Shown: positions 31,837-44,780, numbered from the stretch's first letter. The stretch: DNA of 64,000 nucleotides from the human T2T-CHM13v2.0 reference genome, Homo sapiens (GCF_009914755.1 NC_060932.1); one strand, 5' to 3'. Program-made: numbers and translations. Notes: generated by a model not told the origin, from the sequence alone.

Positions 31837-34800
31837 CTATTAAATTCATTTTTTCCTTACCAAGGTGAAGAGAAAGACTGCCCATACCAAATGCTGGTAA
31901 GGATATGAAATTACTGGAACTCTTAAACACTTTTCTTGGGAATGTAAAATGGTACAATCTGTTTAGAAGCAGTTTGGTAATTTCTTAAACAGTTAAACAT
32001 ACTTCTACAATATGGCCCAGCCATTCCACTTGTAGGCATTTACCCAAGAAAAATAGAAAGAGTGTATACGAATGTTCATGGCAACTTTGTCTGTAGTGGT
32101 CTCAAAGTGGACACAATCTCAGTGTCCATCAGCAGGTGGATAAATATATTGTAGTACATCCATACAACAGAATACTACTCAGCAATGAAAAGGAACGAAC
32201 TATTGATACACACAATAATGTATGACTCTTGAAATAATTGAGTCTCAGTGCAAGTAGCTAGACAAAAAGTATACATAATGTATGAGTTCATTTCTATAAA
32301 ATTCTAGGAAATGCAAATGTATAGTGTCAGAAAGGAGATCAGTGGGAGCCTGTGAATCAGATGGAATGTGGGAGGAATTACTAAAAGGCAGAAGGAAACA
32401 TTCTAGGGTAATAGATACGTTCATTGCTTTCATTGTGGTGATGATCTCCTGAGTGTATATGTATCAAAATGATCCAAATATACATTTTGAATATGTGATG
32501 CTTATTGTATGTCAAATCTACCTCTCAATAGGCTTTTTAAAAAATTAGCAAACTTCAAGTTGAAAAATTAAAAATAAAACTAAATTTTGGCTCATCCTAA
32601 TGAAAGCACTGAATACCAAAAAATAAAGAGGAAATCTTGAAAGCATCCAGAGAAAAACAACACATTCAATAAAGGTGAACAGTATAGCAATACACCATAA
32701 TTACAGTCCTGAAAGAACAGAAAAAAAAATCTAACAACCAATTCTCAACCAGCAAAGATGAAGAAGGCAAAATAAAGGCATTTTTAGAAAAAGAAAAAGA
32801 GAATTCTTTACCAGTAGACTATCTCCTTGAGAAATGCTAACGGAAATTCTTCACGTTTTAGGTAAATGATAACATATCACCCTGCTGATCTTCAGGAAGG
32901 AATTAACACTGGAAATAAAGACACACATTTCATAATGCCAAAAGAATCATCAGTTCATTTAGGAAGACAATATTCATAAATAGTTTTTTTTTGTCTCTGA
33001 ATAGCTTCAAAATTCATGAAACAACATTCATTAATCAAAGGGAGAAATAAATGATTCTAAAATCATAGTTGACAATTTTTAACAACATTCTTTTAGCAAT
33101 TGATAGAGCCAGATAAATAAAATTAATGAAGACGTAGATGGATTTGAACAAACTATCAACCACCTTGACCTAAATGATTTTATAGAACACTACACTGAAT
33201 AACTGCAGAATATACATCTTTTCAAGTAAATACAGTGTGTTCACTGAGATAGATTATATGCTGGACCCTCCAACAAGTCTCAATAAATTTAAAAGTGTTG
33301 AAAGCATACAGAATATGTTTTCTGAGCATAATATAATTAAATTAGAAATCAATAACAATGTGGCATCTAGAAAAATCCCTAACATTATAGCAAATCCCTC
33401 AAATTTCTTTAGTAAATAAATCAGCAAAAAAATTAGAGAATATTTTGAGATTGAAAATACATAAAACCATATAATTTTTGAAGGAAAACATAGGATAATG
33501 TTTGTGATTTGTGAGAAGGCAAAATTTGGGACCTGAAACATAAAGCAATAACCATAATAAAAAATGAATAAGTTACACTTCATCAAAATTAAAAACTGCT
33601 TAACAAAACACCACTAATGAACAGGCAAGCCACAGATTTTAAGACAATGTACATTGCAAAGCATGTATATAACAAAGGCCTGGTATGCAGCATATATAAA
33701 GAAATCCTACAACTCAATAATAAAAAAACAGCTCCATAAAAATGGTGAAAGGAATTGAATAGACATATCAACAAGTACATGAAACAAGTACATAAAAATA
33801 TGTTTAACATCGTTAGTCATTAGAGAAATGCAAATTAGAACTACATAGAGCCACCACTACACACCCCTTACAATGACTAAAATTAGAAAAGCTAATTTTT
33901 GGTAAGGATGTGCAGCAACTGGAAATCTCATACATTACTGCTGGGAGTGTAAAATGGGACAATATTTTGGAAAAAAGAGGTAGCATTTTCTTCTAAAACT
34001 AAACATATATTAACCTATGATCCAGTAACATAATTTCTGGGTATTTACTCAAAGAAGGCATATATATGCATAAAAAGCCTGTACGACAATATTCAAATCT
34101 GTTTCATTTCTAATAGCCAAAAGTGGAAAACATCCCCCAGATACTTTGATGTGAGACAAGAATGAATAAACAAGCTTTGGCATTTTTATTCAATGAAATA
34201 TGCAGCAATAAAAAGAACCAACTACTGACATGCAGCAATATGAATAAATCTCGAAAACATTATATTGAGCAAAGGAAGCTAGTCATAAAATTGTACATAA
34301 TTTACTACAGTATTTTAGTTTTATGAAGTTCTAAAACAGACAAAGCCAATCAATGATGGAGAAAAATTTGAACAGTAGTTTTCTTGGGGTGTGGTCAGGA
34401 TTGGTGATTGAGAAGGGACACAAAAGATTTTGCTAGGGTGATAGTAATGTTGTATAATGATGGGCTTTGAGTTATAAAAGTATATACATTTTTCAGAACT
34501 AAGTAAAATGTGTGTGTAAATTAATTGTGTATTAATTGTACATCAAAAGGAAAAAATTGAACATTGAACTCTAATTAATGGCAGAGCATGTGGAAAGATC
34601 TAGGAGAAGCATGCACTTGTTTGCAGTTTACTTTCAAAAGCATATAACAAGTAATATATTAATTCAGGAGTAAATACATGAAAAAGCAAGAATATAGGTG
34701 CTGAGTGTATATTAGCATTCATGCTAAAATTCTTTCATTTCAGCTATACATTTCAAAAGTTTGATTAAAAAAATTTGGAAAAAGTAAAATGCTACAACCA

Positions 34801-35280
34801 ATAGCTTTACAGAGAAGAGAAAACATATCAAAAAGACAAGAGATAACCAGTGTTGGAGAGGATGTGGAGAAAAGGAAGCCCTTATACATTGGCGGTGGGA
34901 ATGTAAATTAGCACAGCTATTATGGAAAGTAATATGGAGTTTCCTCAAAATATTAAAAATAGAACTGCCTATATTCCAGCCCAATTCCACTTCTGGATAC
35001 ATATCCAAAGAAAATGAAATGAATATGTCAAAGCAGTATCTGCACTCCTATGTTCATTGCAGCTTATTCACAATAGCCAAGATATGGAATCAACCTAAGT
35101 GTCCATCAACAGATGAATGGATAAATAAAATGTAGTATATATGTACAATGGAATACTATTCAGCCTTAAAAAAGAAAGAAATCTGGTCATTTGAGACAAT
35201 ATGGATAAATCTGGAGGAAATTATGTTACACGAAATAGGCCAGGCTTAGAAAGACAAACACCACATAGAAACAGAGGGTA

Positions 35281-35512
35281 GGCAGGGTTCAGGGGCTCAT
35301 GCCTGTAATCCCAGCACTTTGGAAGGCTGAGGCAGGAGGATCGCTTGAGTTCAGGAGTTCAGGTGTCATGGAGCATGCCTGTGGTCTCAGCTACTTGGGA
35401 AGTTGAGGCAGGAAGCTTGCTTGAGCATGGGAGCTTGAGGTTGCAGCAAGCTGTGATCAGGGCACTATACTCCAGCCTGGGCAACAAAGTGAGACCCTGT
35501 CTCAAAAAGAAA
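35281..35512 (+). mobile_element. Alu (J-type) with internal deletion
   Basis: Left arm joined directly to right arm. Confidence 0.85.
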
Positions 35513-36176
35513 CAAGAAATAGAGAGTAGAATTATGGTTACCAGGAGCTGAAGGACGAAGGAGTTGAGGAGATGTTGGTCAACAGATCCAAAGTTTCAGT
35601 TAGCAGAAGTAAGTAGAAGAGAGCTATTCTACATCACAGTGAGTAAAATTAATAAGAATGTATTGTATACTTGAAAATTGCTAAGAGAGTAGATTTTAAA
35701 TGTTCTTTCACTACAAAAAATGGTAAGTATGTGTGGTAATAGATATGTTAATTCACTTGACTAGTCATTCCACAGTGTATACATATATCAAAATATCATG
35801 CTATATATCATAAATATGTACAATTTTTATTTGTCAATTTACAAAAGAAAAGGCAAAATAAATAAGGAACCTTATGACAACAAAATGCTCTCAAATAGTA
35901 AATCCCATCTCCTAAATACACATAAAATCAACAGGAGGATGGGAAGTTTAGGTTGAGACAATCTGCCCAAAAGACAAAGAGATGGAAAAATAGAAGAGTG
36001 AAGATAAGAAAATATAGCATTAGGCAAAAGGATTCAACATCATCTAAGTAGTAATCTAGACGATGAGAATTGAAAAAATGTTTCTGAGGAAATTACCAAA
36101 GAAATAACAGAAGAAAATGTCCCACAACAGGTAGGAAAGAATGTACTTTCCTAGACTGAAAGGACTATGTGTCTAT

Positions 36177-36881
36177 TATTAGAGTGGACAGCCAGACAGA
36201 CATGAGCAGGGCAGGAGAAGCCCCCCACCCCACCAGGAATGTCAGATGACCATCAGGTGCTAGTCAGGTGGTTGTTAAACTGTTTCTCTAAAATAATAAT
36301 TGGTTGCTGCTGGCACCGGGGAAAGGCAGTCTCCCAATAGATAGAAAACACCTGAAGGTGGTGGTCAGCAGTTTCCCAATAAGATCTCAGGAGTTAGTTC
36401 AGTGTGCTCAAGCATGCACATTAAGAGGCATAATGGTGGAGTTTAACTGGCATATAACCTTCCTCCAGGAACACTCAGCTGATAAGGGGGAAAACACTTC
36501 AAGTGAGCATACACACAACTTCCAGTAAACATACTACTCATGGGGCCCCTCCCAAGTGCTGGCATGTACATGCAAACAGCCCACCCCAAGGAAGAATCAG
36601 GAAAGAAGAAATGCAAAACCCTACAAGCATGCCAACATATAAAAAGCCCAAGTCAAGGACTAAATGGCACACTTGAACTCTGGAGTTGCCCAGTGGGCCC
36701 TCTTCCAAGTGTACTTTACTTCCTTTCTTTCCTGCTTTAAAACTTTTAAATAAACTTTCGCTCCTGCTGTAAAAATTGCCTTCATCTCTCACTCTGACTT
36801 ATGCTCTGCGGATGAATTCTTTCTTCTGACTAGGGAAGAATTGAGTTGCTGCAGACTCATATGGATTCACCACTGCTAACA
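36177..36881 (+). mobile_element. MER50-like LTR (arm 1 of inverted composite)
   Basis: tattagagtgg...agacatgagcagggcaggaga...aataaac...gctaaca; preceded by CTAT. Confidence 0.9.
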
Positions 36882-36886
36882 TACTT

Positions 36887-36904
36887 TGGTGCTGTGACTT
36901 GGAT
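36887..36904 (+). other. Retroviral primer-binding site, tRNA-His
   Basis: tggtgctgtgacttggat versus TGGTGCCGTGACTCGGAT (complement of the last 18 nt of tRNA-His); differences are CpG transitions. Confidence 0.88.
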
Positions 36905-37256
36905 AAAACTGTATGGGATGGGTTTTGTGAGAGCACCAGCTATACTGAGGGAAACTTTGGAGGGAACCAGCTACTAGATGATTCAATTAGTCTTTCATCC
37001 CTATATCCAGGTTGGACAATCGATTTGCCCATCAGGACCATTGCGGACCTCCACCAGTTTCCTCTGGCTTCATCTTGCCCAGGCATAGTTCACAATCTTT
37101 CATTTCCTAACACCTGTGCTCATGCTCCACCTCCCCAGCGTGGCAGGAGATACAGACCAGTGGTAGACTGGTGGTATTCCCTCAGTAGAGTGGAGAGTCC
37201 TTGGGAACCCACCGTGGGTGATGAGTGCTCCAGTCTTCACCTTCATTGCACCATGG
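36901..37256 (-). pseudogene. 28S rRNA fragment (antisense on + strand)
   Basis: gagggaaactttggagggaaccagctactagatg..., tttcctctggctt...cccaggcatagttcac, cttcaccttcattgc are reverse complements of conserved 28S sequence. Confidence 0.92.
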
Positions 37257-37398
37257 TCCATGGCAGTCCTGATGTGCAAATTAGGTGTCCAACCTGGGTA
37301 TAGGAAAAAAGACTAATCAAACCATCTGGTAGCTGGTTCCCTCCAAAGTTTCCCTTAGGATACCTGGTGCTCTCACAAACCCATCCCATGCAGTATCC
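37255..37398 (+). pseudogene. 28S rRNA fragment (sense), inverted copy of 36901-37048
   Basis: gtcctgatgtgcaaat...cctgggtatagg...aaagactaatcaaaccatctggtagctggttccctccaaagtttccc matches 28S. Confidence 0.92.
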
Positions 37399-37407
37399 CA
37401 GTCATGG

Positions 37408-37856
37408 TGAACCTGACCCAATTGTCCCATAGACAGTTCTTCTTGATAAACATAGGAATTGACACTTTTGGTCTTAAAACTTAAAACTTATATTTGTTTT
37501 ATCTGAGTTCCTTCCTCAGGAAACAACTTTCAGGCCTCTCAAAAAAAAAATATCAAGGAACTAAAATTCACCAGATTACCACATCCAGACAATCAGATGC
37601 CAGGACCTATCATTCAACATTATTGCTTCCTTGCCCCTCCCTAGTTCCTGTTCTCTTACATTGTTACATTTCTTCCCTTCTATATAAACCCCTAGTTTTA
37701 GTGGGTCAGGGAGATGGATTTAGACTGAGCTCCCATCTCCTCAGCTGCAGCACCTGATTAAAGCCTTCTTCCTTGTCAATAGTTGTCATCTTAGGGCTTG
37801 GCTTTCTGTGTGGCAAGTAGCAGGACCTAGACCGAACCCCTGGTGTTTTGGTAACA
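37408..37856 (+). mobile_element. ERV1 solo LTR (MER83-like, tentative) inserted in the second PBS
   Basis: tgaacctgacccaattgtcccatagacag...gaacccctggtgttttggtaaca; flanks atgg/acag are CpG-decayed ACGG. Confidence 0.85.
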
Positions 37857-37870
37857 ACAGCACCAAAGTA

Positions 37871-38573
37871 TGTAAGCAGGGATGAATCCATATTTGTCTG
37901 CAGTAACTTGATTTTTGCCTTTTCAGAGGAAAGAATTCATATGAGAACCATAAAGCAAAGTGAGAGACCAAGGCAAGTTTTAGAGCAGGAGTGAATATTT
38001 ATTAAAAAGTTTTAGAGCAGGAATGAAAGAGAGTTAAGTATACTTGGAAGAGGACCATGGAGGTGACTTGAGAGATCCAAGTGTGCCATTTAGTCCTTGA
38101 CGTGGGGTTTTATATGTTGGCATGCTTCCAGGGTTTTATGTCTCTTCTCTCTGATTCTTCCCTTGGGATGGGCTGTCTGCATGTGCAGTGGCCTGCCAGC
38201 ACTTGGGAGGCACCACATATGCAGTGTGTTTACTGAAGTTGTGCGCATGCTCACTTGAGGTGTTTTTCCCTTACCAGTCAAGTGTTCCTAGAGGAAGGTC
38301 ATATACCAGTTAAACTCTACTACTGTGCCTCTTAGTGCGCATGCTTGAGCCCAATCACCCAACTCCTAAGATCTTAATGGGAAGCTGCTGATCACCAGCT
38401 TCAGGTGTTTTTTGTCTATTGGGAGACAGCTCTTCCTGGTGCTGGCCGCTACCACTTATTATTTTAGAGTTTAATAACCACCTGACTATAACCTGATAGT
38501 CACCTGACATTCCTGGTGAGGTGGGGGGCCCTCTCCTGTCCTGCTCATGTCTGGCTAACTACCTACTCTAACA
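37871..38573 (-). mobile_element. MER50-like LTR (arm 2 of inverted composite)
   Basis: Reverse complement begins tgttagagtaggtagttagccagacatgagcagg; followed on + strand by CTAT. Confidence 0.9.
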
Positions 38574-39764
38574 CTATCACAGTGATTGAGGAAAGATATT
38601 ACCCCTACCAAGACATTTCAGAACCCAGGGACAGAGACTTTATTTGGAAAGCTTCCAGAACATGGAGTAGGGGATGGAAAGATGAAGTAGGGCAGAGTGG
38701 GGAGGGTGGGTGAGGAGGGGGTGGAAGCAAGTTGTCAACAAAAAACTGGGGATTGGAATGGTGTTACAGCACTATTGTCAAAAGATGATGGAATTATGCC
38801 TTTCAAATTCTGAATTATTTCCAATTTAGCATTGTATTATCAAATAGTCAAGTGGTGGGATTATAATAATAAAACATTTAAAAAGATGCAAAAGTCTCAA
38901 AAAAATTGATCTTTCATGCACACTTTGTCAGTAATTTACTGTGATGCTCACCTGAAGTAAACTTGTAAACCAATAAAGAAAGAAATATGAACTGTTTTCT
39001 GGGAAACAGGAAATCTGACTTTAGAGTGGAGTGAAGTGAATTCCTGAGATGATGGTGAAAGGAAATCCTAGTATAATGAAGAGGAGCTGTCCCAGGAAGC
39101 AAATTTTCCCAATTAGAGCAAGGGTATCCAAGGACTCTAGAAGGATTGTTCTAAGAAACAAAACAATCACATTTGCTTGTTGTTTATGAACAGGTTGTGG
39201 GGAGTTTTATTTAGATGAATGGGTGGGAGTTTGGGCAAAAATCAGTGGAAGGTACATAAGAAAGGAATTAAACAAGCAATAGGACTTGATTAAAGTGAAG
39301 CAACAAAAGTGTTACACAAAAAAGGCTCCTTCATTAATGAGTGTGTGGTTCAGCTATGGATTATTATATGCAAATCATAATGTCAAATTGAATATTAATA
39401 AAAAAGATCAATAACTACAGTGGGTGACTATAGGAAAGGGTACATTATAGAACTCAATCCTCATCTTCCATAGTATGAAGTCAGTAGATACTACTATTGA
39501 AAAAACTAAGAAACAATATTCTATATTATCGTTGAGGAATTTGATAATAAATACCAGAAAAAAATGAGTTGAACATCATTTCCTCTGGAGATCACAGATC
39601 AGGGTGAAGAAGGAACTAGGGGATGGCTGCTTTCATCATGTCTTATAAAGCTGTTTAACTGTTTAATGAATAAGAAAATAAAATTTAAGTGTAGTTATAT
39701 TAAAGAATACCATCAAGCATGTTCTCTATTGTTGAGAAAGAACATTCATTCTTCTAGCTCAAAT

Positions 39765-40455
39765 TGAAACTGTCTCTGCAAAATTATGATGGAAAGAGAC
39801 ATCTGACTCCATCTTGCTTCTAGCCTTAGAGATTGGTTCTCTTTGTCCATTTCTGCATGTGGGCAAAGCTAACTTTGTGAGAAATTTAGTTTATAGTTTA
39901 AATGATAATAGCCCTTCCCGAAACTAAACTGTTCTTATAAAACAAATGAAAGACTACCAAGTTAGGAGGATAAGAGGGGCTTAAATTCTCAATAATTACC
40001 AGCCGTTATTCTGGAGGTCATAAGATTTGCACTTTCTCCAGTTAATCCTGCGGATAACATCACTGTTATAGAACCTAAGATTGGCCTTTTGAGATATCTT
40101 TTCAGAATTTTGCAATTCTGACAACTGGACGGCCCCACCTAGACCCACCAACCAGCCCTGTGGCCCCCACCCAAGAACTGACTCAGCACAAGAGGACAGC
40201 TTCCATTCCTTTGATTTTATCTCCAACCCAACCAATCAGCATGCACCCTATCCTAGCCCCCTGCCCACCAGACTATCTTTGAAAAACCCCTAACCTCCAA
40301 GCCTTTGGGGAAATCGATTTGAGTAATAACTCCATCTCCCGTGTGGCACAGCTGGCCTTGCATCAATGAAACTCTTTTTTTTACCGCAATGCCATAGTCT
40401 CAGTGAGCTGATTTTGTGTGTGCAGTGGGGAGGAAGAACCCATTGGGCAGTTACA
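39765..40455 (+). mobile_element. LTR8-family solo LTR, TSD AAAT
   Basis: tgaaactgtctctgcaaaattatga...gaacccattgggcagttaca. Confidence 0.88.
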
Positions 40456-41273
40456 AAATTCATGTCATAAAATATAATAATCTTGATTTTTTTCCAACGG
40501 AAAAGTTAAGCCTACTAGTCATAAACTTGTAAGCATAAAGTTAAGTGAAGCAATGTATATTTTATAATAATTTTTTTCATGTAAGAAAACTCAGTGATAT
40601 TTTCTAGATCTCTTTCTCCTCAAGGAATTGACTTGAGAGTAGTGAAAATATGAAAAGTACACAAGTAAGTATAGAATAAATTTTTATGGAGTACTGAATT
40701 TATTTAGAAGAAATGAAATGTAAATGTGCTATATTGTGTTGTGTATAGATCAAACAAAATATATCAGGGACATTAGTTGTTACAGGATTGATTTCCATAA
40801 AACTCTAGTCTGAGCAGGTCACCTTAAGCTGAAAAACATCACTCTGTCCCGCTGCCTACAAAATAAAGCTTAAACTTCTTTCCTTGATGTATGATGCTAT
40901 CTGTGCTCTACCCTGAACACATATTTCCTAAATAATTTATTGCCATTCTCCCTTGCTGTACCCTTCAATAGAATCAAAGTGAGATTGCAGCAGTTCCTCA
41001 TAATCAAAACTTTGTTTCTCTCCTCCAGGACTTTTCTTTTTTCCTATTATAATTTAAAAAATTCTTTTATCATAAAACATAATGTATCTTAAAATTATTT
41101 TATATTTAAAGTATTAAGTAAAATCAAATTTAAATATATTTTGTCTGTATTTGAAATTAGTCTTAAAATTATTTTAAAAATTAAAAAGAATTAAAAATCA
41201 ACTGTCCATTAACTTTACATCTCTTTTTAGCCATAATCTGATCTTTTATCTTTTAGAGATACCTTCTTGAAAG

Positions 41274-42222
41274 TGAAGCGGCGTCACTGTCTGGGGTAAA
41301 TACCCAAGGTTCACTGTCTCACACCAGGGGAATCAAGGATATGGACACACAAGAAATGGTTTTAGGAGCAGAGGTTTAATAGGCAAAAGAAAGAGAATGG
41401 AGAATAGCTCTCTCTCCTGGGAAAGAGAGGGGCGCCCAAATGAGACTTCAGTCATGGCAGAGTGCACTGGGTTTTATAGACTGGCTTGAGGAGGTGGTGT
41501 CTGATTTACACAGGGCCCAGAGATTGGTTGGACCAGGTGTGACGTTTTCTTTCTTTCTTTCTTTCCCTTCCTCCCTCCCTCCCTTTCTTCCTTCCTTCCT
41601 TCCCTTCCTTTCCTTCCTTCCTTTCTTCCCTCCCTCCGTTTTCCTTCCTTCCATTCTTCCCTCCCTCCCTCCCTCTTTCCCTTCCTTCCTTCCTTCCTTC
41701 CTTCCTTTCTTTCTTCCTTCCTTCCCTTCTTCCTTCTCTCTCTCTCCCTCCCTTCTTCTTTCCTTCCTTCCTTATTTTCCTTCCTCCTTCCCTGTCTCCT
41801 TCCCTCCTTCCTTCCTTTCTTTCTTTCTGGATTGTGGGGCATTCTATTTCTTTTGTAATAGCTCATGAAGAAGCTGGCCACCCCACCCTAATCTTTTATT
41901 ATGCAAATGTGTTTTCTACCGGGCTGGCGCCATGTTGTCTTCTCCTTATTGTACACATGGTTGGCAAGGAAAAGGGAAGGTGGAGCCCCCATGTTGAACA
42001 TACCTGGCCCCCAGGTTAGCTTTTTCCCATTGGCACAGCTGCCAGCATTCACCTGTGCAAGCTTCCAGCTTGCTTATCTATGTCTGCAGCTTGATTTTAC
42101 AGGCTGCTGTTTGTTAGAAAAGAAATTATTTTGGGGCTGCTTTTCATTAAAAGGAAAACCTTACCGAGGACTTCTTTACCCTCACTATCTGCCTAAATAA
42201 TTTCTTTCTAACTCCTATATCA
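41274..42222 (-). mobile_element. ERV1 solo LTR (LTR9-like) containing a CT-rich insertion
   Basis: Reverse complement begins tgatataggagttagaaagaaattatttaggcagatagtgaggg. Confidence 0.8.
41546..41828. repeat. (CCTT/CCCT)n polypyrimidine tract
   Basis: Read directly. Confidence 0.95.
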
Positions 42223-42407
42223 AATGGACTGAAAGATGTTTATTAGGTTTAGTTAGGTTTATTAGGTTTAGTTAGGAGGTTTATTAGGTTTAGTTAGGAG
42301 GTCTGAGGCCACCTTAGCAAAAGCAGTATCATTGGAGTTCTAGAAATTTATACAGGTAACAAGAGATAAATAAGAAATTAGAGTAAACACATGCAGATAT
42401 TTCCAGG

Positions 42408-42846
42408 CTAGCAGTCAGCACGTTTCTGTAAAGGGCCAGATTTTAGGTAGGCTCCCTCCTTCCTTCCCTCTTTCCTTCCCTCTTTCCTTCCTTCCTTCCT
42501 TCCTCCCTCCTCTTCTTCCTTCTCTCTTTCCCTCCTTCCTTGTTTCCTTCCTTCCTTCTTTCCCTTCCCCCTTCCCTGTCTCCCTCCCTCCCTCCCTTCC
42601 TTCCTTCCCTTCTTCCTTCTCTTTTTCCCTCCTTCCTTCTTTCCCTTCCTCCTTCCCTGTCTCCCTCCCTCCCTCCTTCCTTGCTTTCTTTCTTTCTGGC
42701 TTTGTGGGGAATTCTACTTCTTTCATAATTAGTCAACTCTGCCAGCATACAGTGAAAACAGCCATGCACAATACATAAATAAATAGCACAGCACAGTTGT
42801 ATACCAGTAAAACACAGATTTGGCTTAAAGGATACAGTCTGCTTAC
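42408..42846 (+). mobile_element. hAT MITE (MER58-like) containing a (CCTT)n tract at 42452-42697
   Basis: tttctgtaaagggccagattttagg...caactctgcca...aaaacagccatgcacaatac. Confidence 0.75.
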
Positions 42847-43304
42847 CTTTTTTCCTAATGTCACCACATAAGCCTCTTCCACAAGTTGCTTAATTGCAGC
42901 ATAAGCATAAGAGGCACTATCTTCTCCCAGAAGAAAAGATTAGAAAAAAGGAGATCTGGAGCACAGGTGTCATTGGAAAACACACTTGAGCCCAAGAAAT
43001 AAGCCAAGTGAGCACAAAGTAATACTATAATAATGTTAAAATCACAAAATTAAAAATCTAGTCAAATTCTCTAATTCTATAATTGCTAAAACCAAGGCGC
43101 AGAGACAAATGTGACAAAGACACACCTGGGACACAGTAGGTGCTCAACACATTTTTTGATGAATTATTAACTTGCTCAAGGCTGTGTCTGTAATAAGAAG
43201 CACACCTGAGAATATAATTCAGGTTTTGAGATTCACATGTAGAGTATTATTTTCACTCTGACAGGTCAACATCACAGGGAAAGTATTTCCCACATGTATG
43301 AGCT

Positions 43305-43880
<576 letters not shown>

Positions 43881-43893
43881 TGTGTGGTAGAAA

Positions 43894-44612
43894 TGAAACT
43901 GACTTTGCAAAAGTTACAACAGCAAGAAAACTATGGCAGTGGAGGAGATCTGATCTAGCCAACCCCCATCTTGCCTTTAGCATTCAAGCCGCCCTTGAAT
44001 ATTCCTGGGCGTGGGTCAAGCTAACTGTGGGAGATGTTTAGTTTATAGCTTAAGTGATAATAGCCTTTCCCCAAAATTCAGCCACCTTGTAAAGCTAGTG
44101 AGAGACCACCGGGGCTAGGAGGATTAGAGGGGCCTGAATTCTGCTAAGGTGTAGACATAAATGATTGCCAGCCATTCATTATTCAGGAGGTCACAAGATA
44201 TGCAACGTCCCCAATTACTCCTGCAGATAACATCACTATTGTAGAACTTAAAATTGGCTTTTTGAGATGTCTTTTCAGGTTTTTGCACCTTTAATGACTA
44301 GTGGCTCCACTGAGACCCACCAATCAGTCCTGTGGCCTCACCCAGCAACCCACTCAGTGCAAGAGAATAGCTTCTACTCCCTATGACTTCATCCCTGACC
44401 CGACCAATCAACACTCATACCCTAGCCTGCTGCTCACCAAACTATCTTTGAAAAACCCCTAACCTCCAAGCCTTCGAAGAGATTGATTTGAGTAATACAC
44501 GTGGCATGGCCAGCCTCACGTCAATTAAACTCTACCTTTATTGCAACGCCATGATCTCTGTGAAATGATTTTGTTTGTGCAGTGAGCAAGAAGAACCTTT
44601 GGGGCAGTTACA
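43894..44612 (+). mobile_element. LTR8-family solo LTR, TSD GAAA
   Basis: tgaaactgactttgcaaaagtta...ggggcagttaca; homologous to 39765-40455. Confidence 0.88.
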
Positions 44613-44780
44613 GAAAAACTATAGAAAAAGAGGTTGATAGGTCCACCGTATAAATCAAAACAGGTTTCTGTTTTGCTTGGTAAGAGTTTTCTTTTTTCTC
44701 TTCATAAAGAAATAGAGTAACACTCCCCACCCCTCTGTAAAACTATAAGTGAGGTCCAAAAGTTTAGTCAAGGAAAATGA

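Noticed and set aside
36899-37303. 134-aa ORF
   Set aside because: It is a reading of antisense 28S rRNA sequence.
42238-42300. Tandem gtttattaggttttagttagg, vaguely telomere-like
   Set aside because: No true TTAGGG units; ordinary short slippage repeat.
41440-42769. ORFs rich in P/S/F/L or E/G/R/K
   Set aside because: Translations of (CCTT)n tracts.
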